Under the pieces are notes generated by a model. It had not been told where the DNA came from and ran no database searches. It saw only the letters and a program-made list of their open reading frames with translations. From Asterias rubens (lineage: Eukaryota), in contig NC_047081.1 of the NCBI RefSeq assembly GCF_902459465.1, forward strand, positions 186,001 through 250,000: a stretch of DNA of 64,000 nucleotides, read 5' to 3'. This document shows, one piece after another, positions 25,756 to 36,831 of this stretch. The position numbers and the translations under genes are program-made. How positions within the stretch are numbered: the stretch's first letter is position 1; every line of letters starts with the position of its first letter.

Positions 25756-28700
25756 TTATTCAAACTCATAGCGCTTCTTAACACACACCTCCATACCGTC
25801 AAGAGGTTGGTGGACAAAGCCTGAAACAGTAGTCAGCTTCATCAGGGACTCCTCCTCCTTCCCTGGTACCTTGTAGAAGGTGTACCGGCCAAACAGCCAT
25901 GTGAAGATAAGGAAGAGCTCCTTCTTAGCGAAGTCTTCACCAAGACAGACTCGTCGGCCAAGGCCGAACGGGAGGAAATTCTCGGGTAGTTTATCGGGAA
26001 GTTGACCGTTTTCATTCAAAAACCGCTCTGTCGAATAAAATAAGAACAAAATCTCTGAATATTTGTTATGTACCCTATTAGAGACTCTGTTCCCCCAGAG
26101 ATTATGTCCCCCAGTATGGCGAACTGTGTCAGACTTCTTCTGATAGCGCCCCAGCTCATGGTAATTTCCCATATGGGGAACAGAAACTCCGCTAACACTA
26201 GCTATGAGAGCAATATTAATTTGAGGGATGAAACACAAAGCCCAAGGTAATGAATAATCATCCGCCGTGCTCTTTGAACCTGACAGATACAAAGCTATTT
26301 GGTCCAACCAATAATCATGCGCCATGCTTTTTGAACATAACGGATACCAAGCTGGTCCAACCTATAAGTCTATAATACAGGGAGCTCTATTCCTTCACAA
26401 GATATCTCGGGAGAGCATTTGGACTTTCCTGAATCTTTCATTAATTTAAACTGTATAGTCTCTAGACTAATCTAACTGACCTGGTTTAAACTGCTCAGGT
26501 TGGTCCCATTTCTCAGGGTCAAAGTGAAGACCTATGTGGTTGATCATCACCATCGTTCCTTTCTTAATCTTGTAACCATCTAATAAAGAAAAAGACAAGA
26601 ATAATTTAGCTTCACAAAACGTATTAAAACTAACTCCACTTGTTTGTATAACACAAAAGACTAGTTGCTGCCTCAAAGTTGTCTTGTTTACATTGACAAC
26701 TTCAAACTAGAGGGTGCTAATACATAACTAGTGGAACTAAGTGGGGCCCATCCCAAACCTACCCTTTTGAACCCTTGTTTAGGGCGATGGGGAGGGGGGG
26801 GGGGTAGGGCTAATGGGAGGGAAGTGTTAAGGGCGAATGGGAGGGGGTTTTAGGGTGAAGGGGAGGGTGGTGTTTAGGGCGATGGGGAGGGGGGTGTTTA
26901 GGGCTAATGGGAGGGAAGTGTTCAGGGCGAATGGGAGAGGGTGTTTAGGGCTAATGGGAGGGGGGTGTTTGGGTGATGAGGAGGCCGGCGTGTTTGGGGC
27001 AATGAGGTGGCCGGTGGTCTTAAGGGCAATGGGGGAGGGGGGGGGTTTAGGGCAATGGGGAGGGTGGTAATTGGAACGATTGGGGAGGGGGGAGGGGTAA
27101 GAACCAATAGAGAAGCATAATAAGGTTAACTCAAACTCACTCAGTGTAGTATCAACCAGTGTAGAATGTGGAACACCCAGTGGAGCAACTGAACCAAAGC
27201 GGAGAATCTCTAGTAAGGTAGCCTCCACATATGGCAAGTTGCCTTTATCGTCAAGAGAGGGCAGTCTATCACGACCAATGACATCATCAATCTCCTGGGC
27301 AATCCTCTCTTGGATTTTGGGATTCTCTGCCAGTGCAGCGACTGCCCAGTGAAGACTTAAGGTGGTGGTCTCGGTTCCGGCTATTTGACAACAAAATTAT
27401 AATCATTGTAAATGTCAGAATTATTCCGTTTGCTAACTTGAACCCTGTTCCTTGCTCTTTGCTTGAACCTATGCGGAGAGTCTTCTTCTTTGAGAGCCCA
27501 TTATTCCCGTTACTATACACTTTTGCTGACACAGCTAGTGTAAAAATTTCCCACTAACTCTGAAAGCAGAGAATGCTCACCAAGTCTAAAGAATTCTGCA
27601 GCCAGCAGAGCCATGAAATTGGGCCACAATCTCAAGGTGATCGCGATGATTGGAAAGACAATGAATACTTCATGCTTTTTCACTTTTTTTGGGGGTAGTA
27701 GTTTTTTTGTTTGCCTACCTCCAAACAAGTCCATGACAGTCTGAACAATGTGGGTGTCCGTCAGTAGCTTGGCCTCCTCCTCACCGGCCGCTATTGCCTC
27801 CTTCTGGGTCAGGATCAAAGTGTCAAAAAAGTCCTTGACATTTTCTAAAAAAAGGAAACAGGAATTGTTTTTTATAAAAGGATCTTATTATCGGTCAAAT
27901 TTTCAAGCAAAGAAGAGAAAGTGTGTGAATCTGTTCAACTGTTACTTCACAGGCTGTGTATGGTACTACAACTATAATATTCACAGTATACAAACATATA
28001 TTAAATATAGGACTCCATTGGCCATACCTAAAACATTCTATTTATATTACACTGTGACCCTTGACACTACAATGTGACCCTTGACATTACACTCTGACCC
28101 AACAAGAACAACTACTTGTTTGCATACCTGGGTCAAAATTTTCACGGTGCTTTTCAAACTCGCTGTAAAACAGCTTGAAAAACGCTTGGACCAACTTGTT
28201 CACTCGTCTATCAATCGGCAGTTTGACGTACTTCAAGATCGGAAAAAAATCCGAAGGCAGACCGTTGCCAAAAGCTTCAGTAGCTTCAGTATTAGCAGTG
28301 ATGAATGCCATGAGGTCCGGGTCATTAGTTTTATATCTGTAGAAAATTAAGAGTTTTTTTACCGATAGATTATTGTTTTGACTGATCATTTTTTTCAACA
28401 TAAAAAGGAACATTCTTTTTTGTGAAAAACAAAATCAAAATTTGCTTGAACTTACTGTTTTCCGAAGCACATTGTAGCAAGGATATTGTAAACTGCTTGC
28501 CCAATGGTATACTTTGGCGCAAAAGGCTTGTCTCCTTGTTCATCCAGAATTTTACCCACTTTCGGAGTCACTGCAAACACCAGCTTTTCCAATTCTTCCT
28601 TGCGGGTGAAACGTCTGAAATAGAAACATAAACAATGAACTGATAATTCTATCAACAACTTCCTTTATAAGTTTGTACACTGGGCAAGTGGTCACTAGGC

Positions 28701-30368
28701 CTGGGCTAGTGGCCACTAGGCCAAGGGGACTAGTGAAATTTACTACTCAAATAGTCGTGACTACACCACCTGTCGCAGTAGTCACCCAGGCCTAGCGACC
28801 ACCCAATGTTTGTTTGAAAGAGGTAGAATGGCTTACCTAACGGCAGAGTGGGCTAGCTTTCGTTGAAATTTCCACTGTGGACCATAATCAGTGAAAACGA
28901 TATCCTTATACCCCTCTGTGAACAGTTCCACTAAATTATAAAGAAGACAAATCAAAATAATTTATGTCATTAGCATAGTTTGAACAATTCAGTACCTTTT
29001 GTTTCTTTTGGTTTGTTTGTCTCCTTTATCTAGTCATAGGTCAAGTCTCAAGTGCTTACCTTAAAAGGTCAAGTCTCAGTCTTTCAGGTCAAGTGGTCAA
29101 GTCTAAAGTCTTCCAAGTCATGTATGATCTTGGTCCAAGTCCAAGCCCCCCAAGAATCCAACCTTAAAAGTGAGGAGCAAGCCTAAGAGCCATGTCACAT
29201 GGGGCAATTTACGGGCAACAAGTTCCAGGCAATCTCCATGAAGAAAGGGAACTCACATTTGAATGATCGCCTCTTGTTCTCGTGGGTCATAAGATGATAT
29301 ACAAAGAATGACTAATGTGCTACCCAAGTGGTCCTGTAGCATGCAATGCAGTTGGTTGCCTCCAAGTCGCCTACAAAACATGCTCGTTTGATAAGGCCCT
29401 TAGACCCCATGTAACTCAGCTGAGATCAGAAGTAACAGAAAAGTCCAAAGTTTTCAAAGTTTTTAAAAACTATTTAATAAGACAGTGACTAAACCTAAGA
29501 TGGACTTACTGGATTGTATCCGGGGTCGTCCTGCAAACTCTACAGCCTGATTGACCATTGCTTCTCTGATTACTTCAATGGTGTTCAAGACAACAACATT
29601 CCTCGATGCAAACTTCAAGGAAAATATGGTGCCATATTTCTGTCTCAGATCCGAAAAGACGTCAAAGACAGGCGTATTGGTCATGAAGGCTATACAAAGA
29701 TAAAGAAAAGGTGTTACCAAAAGTTCCATTTTAAAGTTCAAGAAATGATCAATATTGAAGACATTTTCATACTGGGTCACCTTTGGGGGAAAGTGGTTTA
29801 TCAGACTTGTTTTAAGTATTTTGTTCTTGGTACCAGTTATTTCTCTATGGTACCAGCATGATACCAGTTGAAGCAATATAGTAACTGTATGATGTTCTGG
29901 CTGGTTAACTACTTTTGCTAAGCAAAACTTTTTTTGTACTAAGCAAGTTTTTGTGCCAACAAATAAATAATACAACAATTTATAATGCGCATATATCCAC
30001 CACAAGGACTGCTCAAGGCACCTAACGAGGTAAATTATTTAATTGATAGTACAAATAAATAAACACAATAAATTGAATACTTACAATGTTAATAACAACT
30101 GATATTAGTACACACCATACCATATAGAGCCTAGAGAGGCGGGTAGAGCATTCATAAAACCCAAGAACAGAATAAGTTAGTATCTGATTCCTCCATGATC
30201 TGATTAATAATAATGCTTACTGGTAATATTTCCCAGGATTGGGAAAGCAGTGGGTCCGGGCGGTGCACCAGCAGGCCTCTGGGTACTCATGTACAGCGCA
30301 ATGACAGCCAGAGTAACCAACCCAACCAAAATGGTGGTTACGTTCAAATAGGCTTCGGTGTCAACCAT
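25756..30368 (-). CDS. Cytochrome P450, clan 2, CYP17A1-like paralog 2, 9 exons, 508 aa
   Basis: Exons 30368-30221, 29689-29510, 28930-28837, 28614-28456, 28336-28128, 27844-27719, 27380-27141, 26579-26481, 26027-25756 (1527 nt). Motifs KDIVFTDYGPQWKFQRKLAHSAVR, DLFGAGTETT, EILR, PERF, FGLGRRVCLG. Intron phases identical to paralog 1. Confidence 0.95.
26777..27098 (+). repeat. G-rich degenerate ~21-23 bp minisatellite in CYP-2 intron 7
   Basis: Units such as GTTTAGGGCTAATGGGAGGGGGGGT, roughly 14 copies, several containing TTAGGG. Confidence 0.85.
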
Positions 30369-30916
30369 CTTTAAAAAAAAACACCGTTCAACGTTCGTTC
30401 CAATTAACCAGCCAGGGGCAGCTGGTAAGGGTTTTATCAAGGGGTAGTGGGAAGCACAGACCACCTGAACCAAGAACTTTACTTTCAGTCAGTGTTGCAC
30501 CTTCAAACTTCTTAAATAGTCGACTGGCAAATGCCCGTATGATGCAATATCTGTGGCTGCTGTGAGTTTCTTACGCAAGAGTACGTTGTATTGGGCTGCG
30601 ATAAGCCCAAGTCTAGAATAATCTTTTGAGGTGACAGCCGATAAGAGCCACACGAAAATAATGTTTGTGGTACTAACACAACAGTGGATTACGTGGTGTA
30701 CGTGTTCCTTCAACGACCACTTCATTGTAGCCTTTAATCGAGGCGCTCGCGGCTTCCTCAATGGAGCTTTGTGTGTTGACTGTAGCTCTATCATCAACAG
30801 ACATGACCGCTGCCAAACCTGAACAAAGACTAATTTCATGTTTATTGGCAAAGGAAGCATAGAGGGCGCTAACGCTTTATTATGCAAATCAGCTTATAAC
30901 AATGGTTGCACAATGG

Positions 30917-31041
30917 AGCCTTTTCGAAACCACAGCTTCGGCTTTAGGCTCCGTTCGTCTGAAGCCCTGAGCGTAGTAACGTCAAAACACGGCTAGCCTG
31001 AGCCGAATCCATAGCCGAAGCCGTGGTTTCGATAAGGGTCT
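30917..31041. mobile_element. Short palindromic MITE upstream of CYP-2
   Basis: AGCCTTTTCGAAACCACAGCTTCGGCT ... AGCCGAAGCCGTGGTTTCGATAAGGGTCT: imperfect TIR. Confidence 0.6.
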
Positions 31042-31826
31042 ATGATCGGCGTAACTGATGAGTGACATAATTTTCTCACAAAGCATGAATGATAAGGAGT
31101 ACAACGAGAGGTTTGCGGAAACACCATGAATAAAACATAACTGATAAAAAAATTAAGTAATACTGCATGCCTTTTTTAAAGAGGCATTTGAAAATATTTA
31201 GGCTTGCTGACTCCCTGATCTCTTAACAGATTCGTTGAGTGGACCTTTGTCTTTATCTGAGTAAAAAAAAAGGGGCACAATTATTTAAAAATTCGTTGAG
31301 CACAAAAAAATAAGTTTGGCGCAGAAAAAAAAATTCTTGCTCAGGTAGCAGAAACGGGTCTCCTGCAAAAAGAATACCATGTAATGCATATTGCTTTTTA
31401 GTGAGTTCCTGCTTATTTCTGCTTAGCAGAACAAGGCTTTAAGAAGTTATGGGCCTGTGACGTCGAGGCCTCGGGGCACGTTGGCACTTCCACGTTGGCA
31501 CTTCCACGTTGGCACTATCACGTTGGCACTGTACTACATTGGCTAATGCAATGTTGGCACTGGCAGTACACCACGTCGGGCACTAGATGACGCAATCAAT
31601 ATGCTCAGAGAAAGGTGTATTTATTCTATCATTTTATTCAAATGAGAATGTTTGACGATAGGATAGAAATATTTTAGATCCAACTGATTATTCAGTAATC
31701 TCTTCTTTTTTCACAGATCAGTTCAGTTCATACTTTTTTTAAAGACAACGATTTTAATTTCTTTGTGTACAAAACATCAATTTTGCTATCTATGTGACCC
31801 GTCGGGTTTCCTTTCATTGCTCAAAA

Positions 31827-32255
31827 CAGGGGCGGATCCAGGATCCAGCTAGGGGGTAACCTTGTAAGGGGGTGACTTTGTAAGGGCTAAGGTGGTGACT
31901 TCGTCGACGACTATAAGGGGGTGACTTTGTAAGGGGGTAACTCTGTGAGTGGTGACTTTGTAAAGGGGGTAACTTTGTCAGGGGGTGACTTTGTAGGGGG
32001 TGACTTTGTAAGGGGGTGACTTTGTAAGGGGGGTGACTTTGTAAGGGTGACCACTTGTGGTCCACAATGAAGCAAAGTGTACAAGGAAGTCGTACTCCGG
32101 GTTATTTTACTGTTTTGATAACAAAATACCCAGTATGTAGTTTATTTTGTGTCGTGTCCCCCCCCCCTCCCCCCTTTCTCTCTTTTCTTTTTTCTCTCCC
32201 TCTCACTGACAGAAAGAGGGGGCTGCGCCCCCACGCCCCCCTGGATCCGCGTCTG
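31827..32255. mobile_element. Harbinger-like non-autonomous element carrying a ~16-bp internal tandem repeat
   Basis: CAGGGGCGGATCCAGG ... CCTGGATCCGCGTCTG TIRs; internal (GGGGGTGACTTTGTAA)n at ~31850-32050. Confidence 0.65.
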
Positions 32256-34506
32256 CAAAATAATTATAGGATTCCAACGTGAGACTTAATTTCTAGTGTC
32301 CCTCTCCTCTCCTCTGATGACCACGCCCCCAGCAATGGTGGCACAACGTGCAGCCTATTAGGAGGACACTGAGACCGCTGCCAAAGGAGGCTTTGGTCGT
32401 GGCCGTTTGAATCGTTGATGAACAGATCGAGGTCATGAAACCAAAATCTGCCCATATAAGGTATCAATAATGAACCACAAGGGGTAGTGACTGATTGGGT
32501 ACAAACACTCTTATATTGTGGGATTGACTCGGCAAAAAAATATGCTGTAAATGGAATTTAAGTTTGTATTTCTTAAAAGACAGAATCTCTCGTGTACACA
32601 CGCGTAGCATGAGGTTCTTGCCGTGCCCCCCCCCCGTAACTCTGCCCCACCCCTCCCACCATACAATGAATTGTGCACCTTTTTTTAAATAGCGCCCTCT
32701 CTTGAATCAACCCCTTACCTTTCAGCCAATGATAATTCCCCAATAATAATAAGGGTGGGCAGAAACAGGCGGTATTTTGAGTGTTGCCGCTATAATGGGG
32801 ACAGAATCTCGTGCCACACCGGGCTACGTACTTTTCATCCCATGGAAAGTTTTGGTCGGCTATGTTGTTTATTTTTTTAACTCAGGGGTTTGGATTACAC
32901 AAATTAAACATTGAGAATAGGGTGGGTGTATCTTGGTCAAAGTGACACCCTCTGAACTTCCAGGCTGTTACATTTTGAAGGTAGTACAAAGTTGTATCCT
33001 GTTCTGTGAAATTAGAGGATTTGGGCGCGAAGTGCTACGAGGAGTGTCTTACGAGTGCTAGTGCGGATGACTCGTGCACAGTAGTCGTACGGGTGGGCGT
33101 TGACAGTGTATACGGATACAGTACAGGTGGGTTTACAGCGTCGTCTTTCGGAGTGAATAATGTGACTGCATTGAGCAAGGCTCATCGGTGTATGGGTAAA
33201 AACCAACATTAATATAATAGTTCAAGTAAATGACAATTACTTCACTTTGCATGCACCACATTGCACTTCATCGTAAATCAAAAGAACACATTAAAATTGA
33301 AGAGTTTTTATTACAGCAAAGCACAACCGACATACGGAATTCCTACAGTTTTTTATTGCTCAATTATTATGACCTATTAAATAGCCATTAACGCATTAAA
33401 ACTAACACCATGTGTGATTAATTCCACACCTTTAAGTGTCATTTTATGAGCACCCTTTAGTCATTTCCAGTATGCGAAAGGTTATGGGGTCATTAGACTA
33501 CACTGTATCTACAACATTGACACATTTGCATTAAGGATTTGTCTGAAGTTTGTGTTGCTTTGATCGATTAGAGCTTGGGATACAACGAGTAAACAAACGC
33601 AGCTTATCTATAGCGCTTGATGGTGGTGGAATCAAATATGCTGGGCACTATTTTATAGAGCTGTTTAAAGCAAAAATGTTGCTGAACAATTGTCTGCTAA
33701 GCAGAAATGAGCACGATACCAGTCACAAATTGTAAATGTGATATGGTAGTTTGGCTGCTAACCGATTTCTGGTAAGCATAATTTTATTATGCTTATACAT
33801 GTAGCTACCTTTCGTGCTTAAGCAGCTCTATGAAATTGGGCACTGGTTTGGATACAGAAAAGTAGTTGAAGCAATTCAACAATTCAACAATAGATTACCA
33901 TGAACAAGTTTGTCCTGAGAACATTGAATTATTAAAGAGCAAGGATTTATTGTAGCTACAAGGATACGAATGTGTTGTTGTTGAACGTAAATCGTGAGAG
34001 CAAACACAGAAAACAATAGATAGGTTTCCATGCCAACAAAGATAAATTGAGTTCAAACACACCGACCTTTGTATTAGGTGGTTTTACAACACTATGCATT
34101 GAGTTTGCTGGTGTGCTCGATGTACAATAACTCAATATTGTTGGCATTTGCTGTTAGTCCAAACTATTTCCTATTTTATGGAGAACAATTTACTATTAAT
34201 GTTCCTATAGACTCATAAGTTAATACTTGATGAAGAAAGAGCTAAACGAACACCCAGTAAATTCAAAGTTCATTACCGAGTATGAAACAGAAAACTCAAA
34301 ACAATGGACCCTGGTATACTTACAAGTGAATGTTAAAAGGGGACAACACAAACATGATCACAAAGTAAAAATAATTTAAACAAATCAGAGCAAACAGTAC
34401 AAAAAAAAGTGATTGTGAATACAAATTTTGAACGCTAGGTGGCAGCAAACTAACCTGGTAAATTTCCCTCGTTTACATCTTGGAGAGAGTTATGAAAGAA
34501 CTTTTA

Positions 34507-36831
34507 TTAAGAGACGCTACCGATCTCTACTGCTTCATAGTCATCACAATCCCCATGTTCACTCAGGGACACCGTATTATCGTAAGCCGAAGATGGGTCT
34601 TCTTCATTGAAGGACGCAGTGTCCTCGTACCCATCCCCTTCATGGTCCTCGTACCCATCCCCTTCATGGTCCTCGTACCCATCTCCTTCATCCCCACCTG
34701 GCTCGACCTCCCCATCATCAACCACAGAATTCACATATCGCGATGAGTCCACAGAATCCATCCTACTCTTACGGTAGTCAATCTTAGCTTTAGAGGTTGT
34801 GATTGTTTGAGATCTTTTCTCAAGACGTTTACGGAGAAAGTAAGCAAGCACCACGGCTAGGAGAGTGAACATGACCGTAAGAAACATCGTTGGTAGGATG
34901 TAAGACGATGGTGAAGCAGGAGAACCAGGTTCTTCAGCTACTGTAAGACGGATCACAGCTTCATCAGTTTCCCCAAGCTCATTCATGACTCTACAAGTAA
35001 ACAACCCTTGGTCTGATTTCTCAACTTTTATAATGTGTAAAGTCATTTCTTGAGTGATGAAATATCTCCCTTTCAGGTTAACATCAATCGGTGTACCGTT
35101 GGGATCCAACCATGAAGTACTGGGTGCTGGTATTCCTGTGGATTTACAAGGTAGAGTTACTGTGTCACAAGCTACCGTTTGGAGCGTTTTGAAGTCTAAA
35201 ACAGCTAGAGGGGGCTCACACGCCAGATCGTGTGTTGCTAGATCTATGAGAGCGCGTCCTTCTAACCCTTGTGGTCCGTGACAAAGAGGGGTAGAGGACG
35301 GTGGATTGTTTTGCAGCCAGTCGCGTATGCTAGCCATTCTGCAGTCACACTGAAGCGGGTTGCCGAACAGCTCCAGCCGGGATAGGGTTGGGCTTCTTCC
35401 GACGATGGAATCTCCCGGTACGATCTCGATCTGATTCGAGCTTAAGTCCACAGTCTCCAGGTGACCACAGTGGCCCAAGATGCTACTGATATCACTGATG
35501 GAATTACGAGCAAGGAGCAAGATTCTCAAACCATCAACAAGTTGACAATCCTCCAAATCAAAGTTCTTAATGTTGTTGTTAGAGAAATTCATTGTGACGA
35601 TCTGTGGTAGAAGGCGGAACATCTCCGAGTGGAGTTGAACCAGCTGATTCCCGGAGAGATCCAAGCGCTCCAGGGAGTCCAGCCCAAGGAAGTACTCTGG
35701 GTGAAGCTCGTTTATATTGCAGTTTGCGAGGGACAGAATCAACAGGTCGCCCTGGTTTCGGAAGACACCTCCAAATAAAGACGTCAAAGGATTCCAATCA
35801 AGGTACAAGTATCTAAGCATATTCAGATCTCTTAATGCAGACTCTGAGATGAAGAGTATCTGGTTGTTGGACACATGGAGCTCCGTTAGACTCAAGAAAC
35901 CTCGAATGCTTTCAGAGGACAGGTTCTTTAGACTGTTTCCATCTGCATTCAGGACCTGGAGCTCTTCTGTCCACGACGGTGCCTGGATTAGGGAGTCGAG
36001 TGAGTTACCACGTATGCTTAGACTTTCCACATACGGGAAGCCATACCGTAAAGCATCTGTCAATACGTCCCAATCACGCAGTTCATTACTCTCTATAATG
36101 AATATGGAGGTGATTAGCATACCATTAGAATTACTAATACTTTGAACTTGATTATGGCTCAAAGAAAGCTTGTGGAACAACTTAGTATTCCCGAAATCAT
36201 TATCGTAATCAAAAGTGCGAATGAAGTTGTTGTCTAGTTCAAGAGTGATATTACAATTTTGGCCACCGTTGAATAAAACTTTGACATTTGTTATTAAATT
36301 GAACTGCAAGCTTATTGACGCAGAGGGTGATACGTACATGCATAGCTCCAGCTTAATGGTACCATAGACTAAGTTTGAGTTCGCTGAGAGCCGTTCCAGA
36401 GAGCTACACCTCGGTACCTCAAGGCTCGTTATCAAGTTGGAGTCAAGTTGGAGGGTCTGCAGGGAGCGTAAGTTACAATCCGCGAGCAGAACCGAAATGG
36501 AGTTGTGTTGAACTGAAACTAGTGTCAGGTTCTCCATCTTCTCTGACGTCATTAGTGACGTGATGTCTGAGATGTTGTTCCAGTCCAAGATCAGTTTGGT
36601 TAATCCGGGGTTGAGATCGTCCGGATCTAAAGTATTGATAGAGTTGTGACGTAGATCCATTACGAGGGAATCCGGGTAGTTGTCAGGAACGCATCCGAGG
36701 TTCCGGTTAGAGCAGTCAGTCATTGCAGTCACGTGATCGTAATCACACTGTGCATGACAGCTTGATGCCTGGCAGAATCCAATAGGGATTTGTAGAAGAA
36801 GCAAAATCAAGATCAATTCCAAATACGGCAT
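34507..36831 (-). CDS. Single-exon LRR + Ig type-I transmembrane receptor, 774 aa, acidic Tyr-rich cytoplasmic tail, no TIR domain
   Basis: Signal peptide; LRRNT (CHAQC..DCSNRNLGCVP); many LxxLxLxxN repeats; LRRCT (NPLQCDC..W..LCHGP..LAC); I-set Ig (LPC..TGIPAP..W..DQGLFTC); TM YILPTMFLTVMFTLLAVVLAYFL. A splice acceptor at 36841-36842 implies a non-coding 5' exon. Confidence 0.93.
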   Translation of the reverse strand: MPYLELILILLLLQIPIGFCQASSCHAQCDYDHVTAMTDCSNRNLGCVPDNYPDSLVMDLRHNSINTLDPDDLNPGLTKLILDWNNISDITSLMTSEKMENLTLVSVQHNSISVLLADCNLRSLQTLQLDSNLITSLEVPRCSSLERLSANSNLVYGTIKLELCMYVSPSASISLQFNLITNVKVLFNGGQNCNITLELDNNFIRTFDYDNDFGNTKLFHKLSLSHNQVQSISNSNGMLITSIFIIESNELRDWDVLTDALRYGFPYVESLSIRGNSLDSLIQAPSWTEELQVLNADGNSLKNLSSESIRGFLSLTELHVSNNQILFISESALRDLNMLRYLYLDWNPLTSLFGGVFRNQGDLLILSLANCNINELHPEYFLGLDSLERLDLSGNQLVQLHSEMFRLLPQIVTMNFSNNNIKNFDLEDCQLVDGLRILLLARNSISDISSILGHCGHLETVDLSSNQIEIVPGDSIVGRSPTLSRLELFGNPLQCDCRMASIRDWLQNNPPSSTPLCHGPQGLEGRALIDLATHDLACEPPLAVLDFKTLQTVACDTVTLPCKSTGIPAPSTSWLDPNGTPIDVNLKGRYFITQEMTLHIIKVEKSDQGLFTCRVMNELGETDEAVIRLTVAEEPGSPASPSSYILPTMFLTVMFTLLAVVLAYFLRKRLEKRSQTITTSKAKIDYRKSRMDSVDSSRYVNSVVDDGEVEPGGDEGDGYEDHEGDGYEDHEGDGYEDTASFNEEDPSSAYDNTVSLSEHGDCDDYEAVEIGSVS

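Noticed and set aside
26827-27119. Pro-rich or Gly-rich ORFs
   Set aside because: G-rich intronic repeat read through from CYP-2 exon 7.
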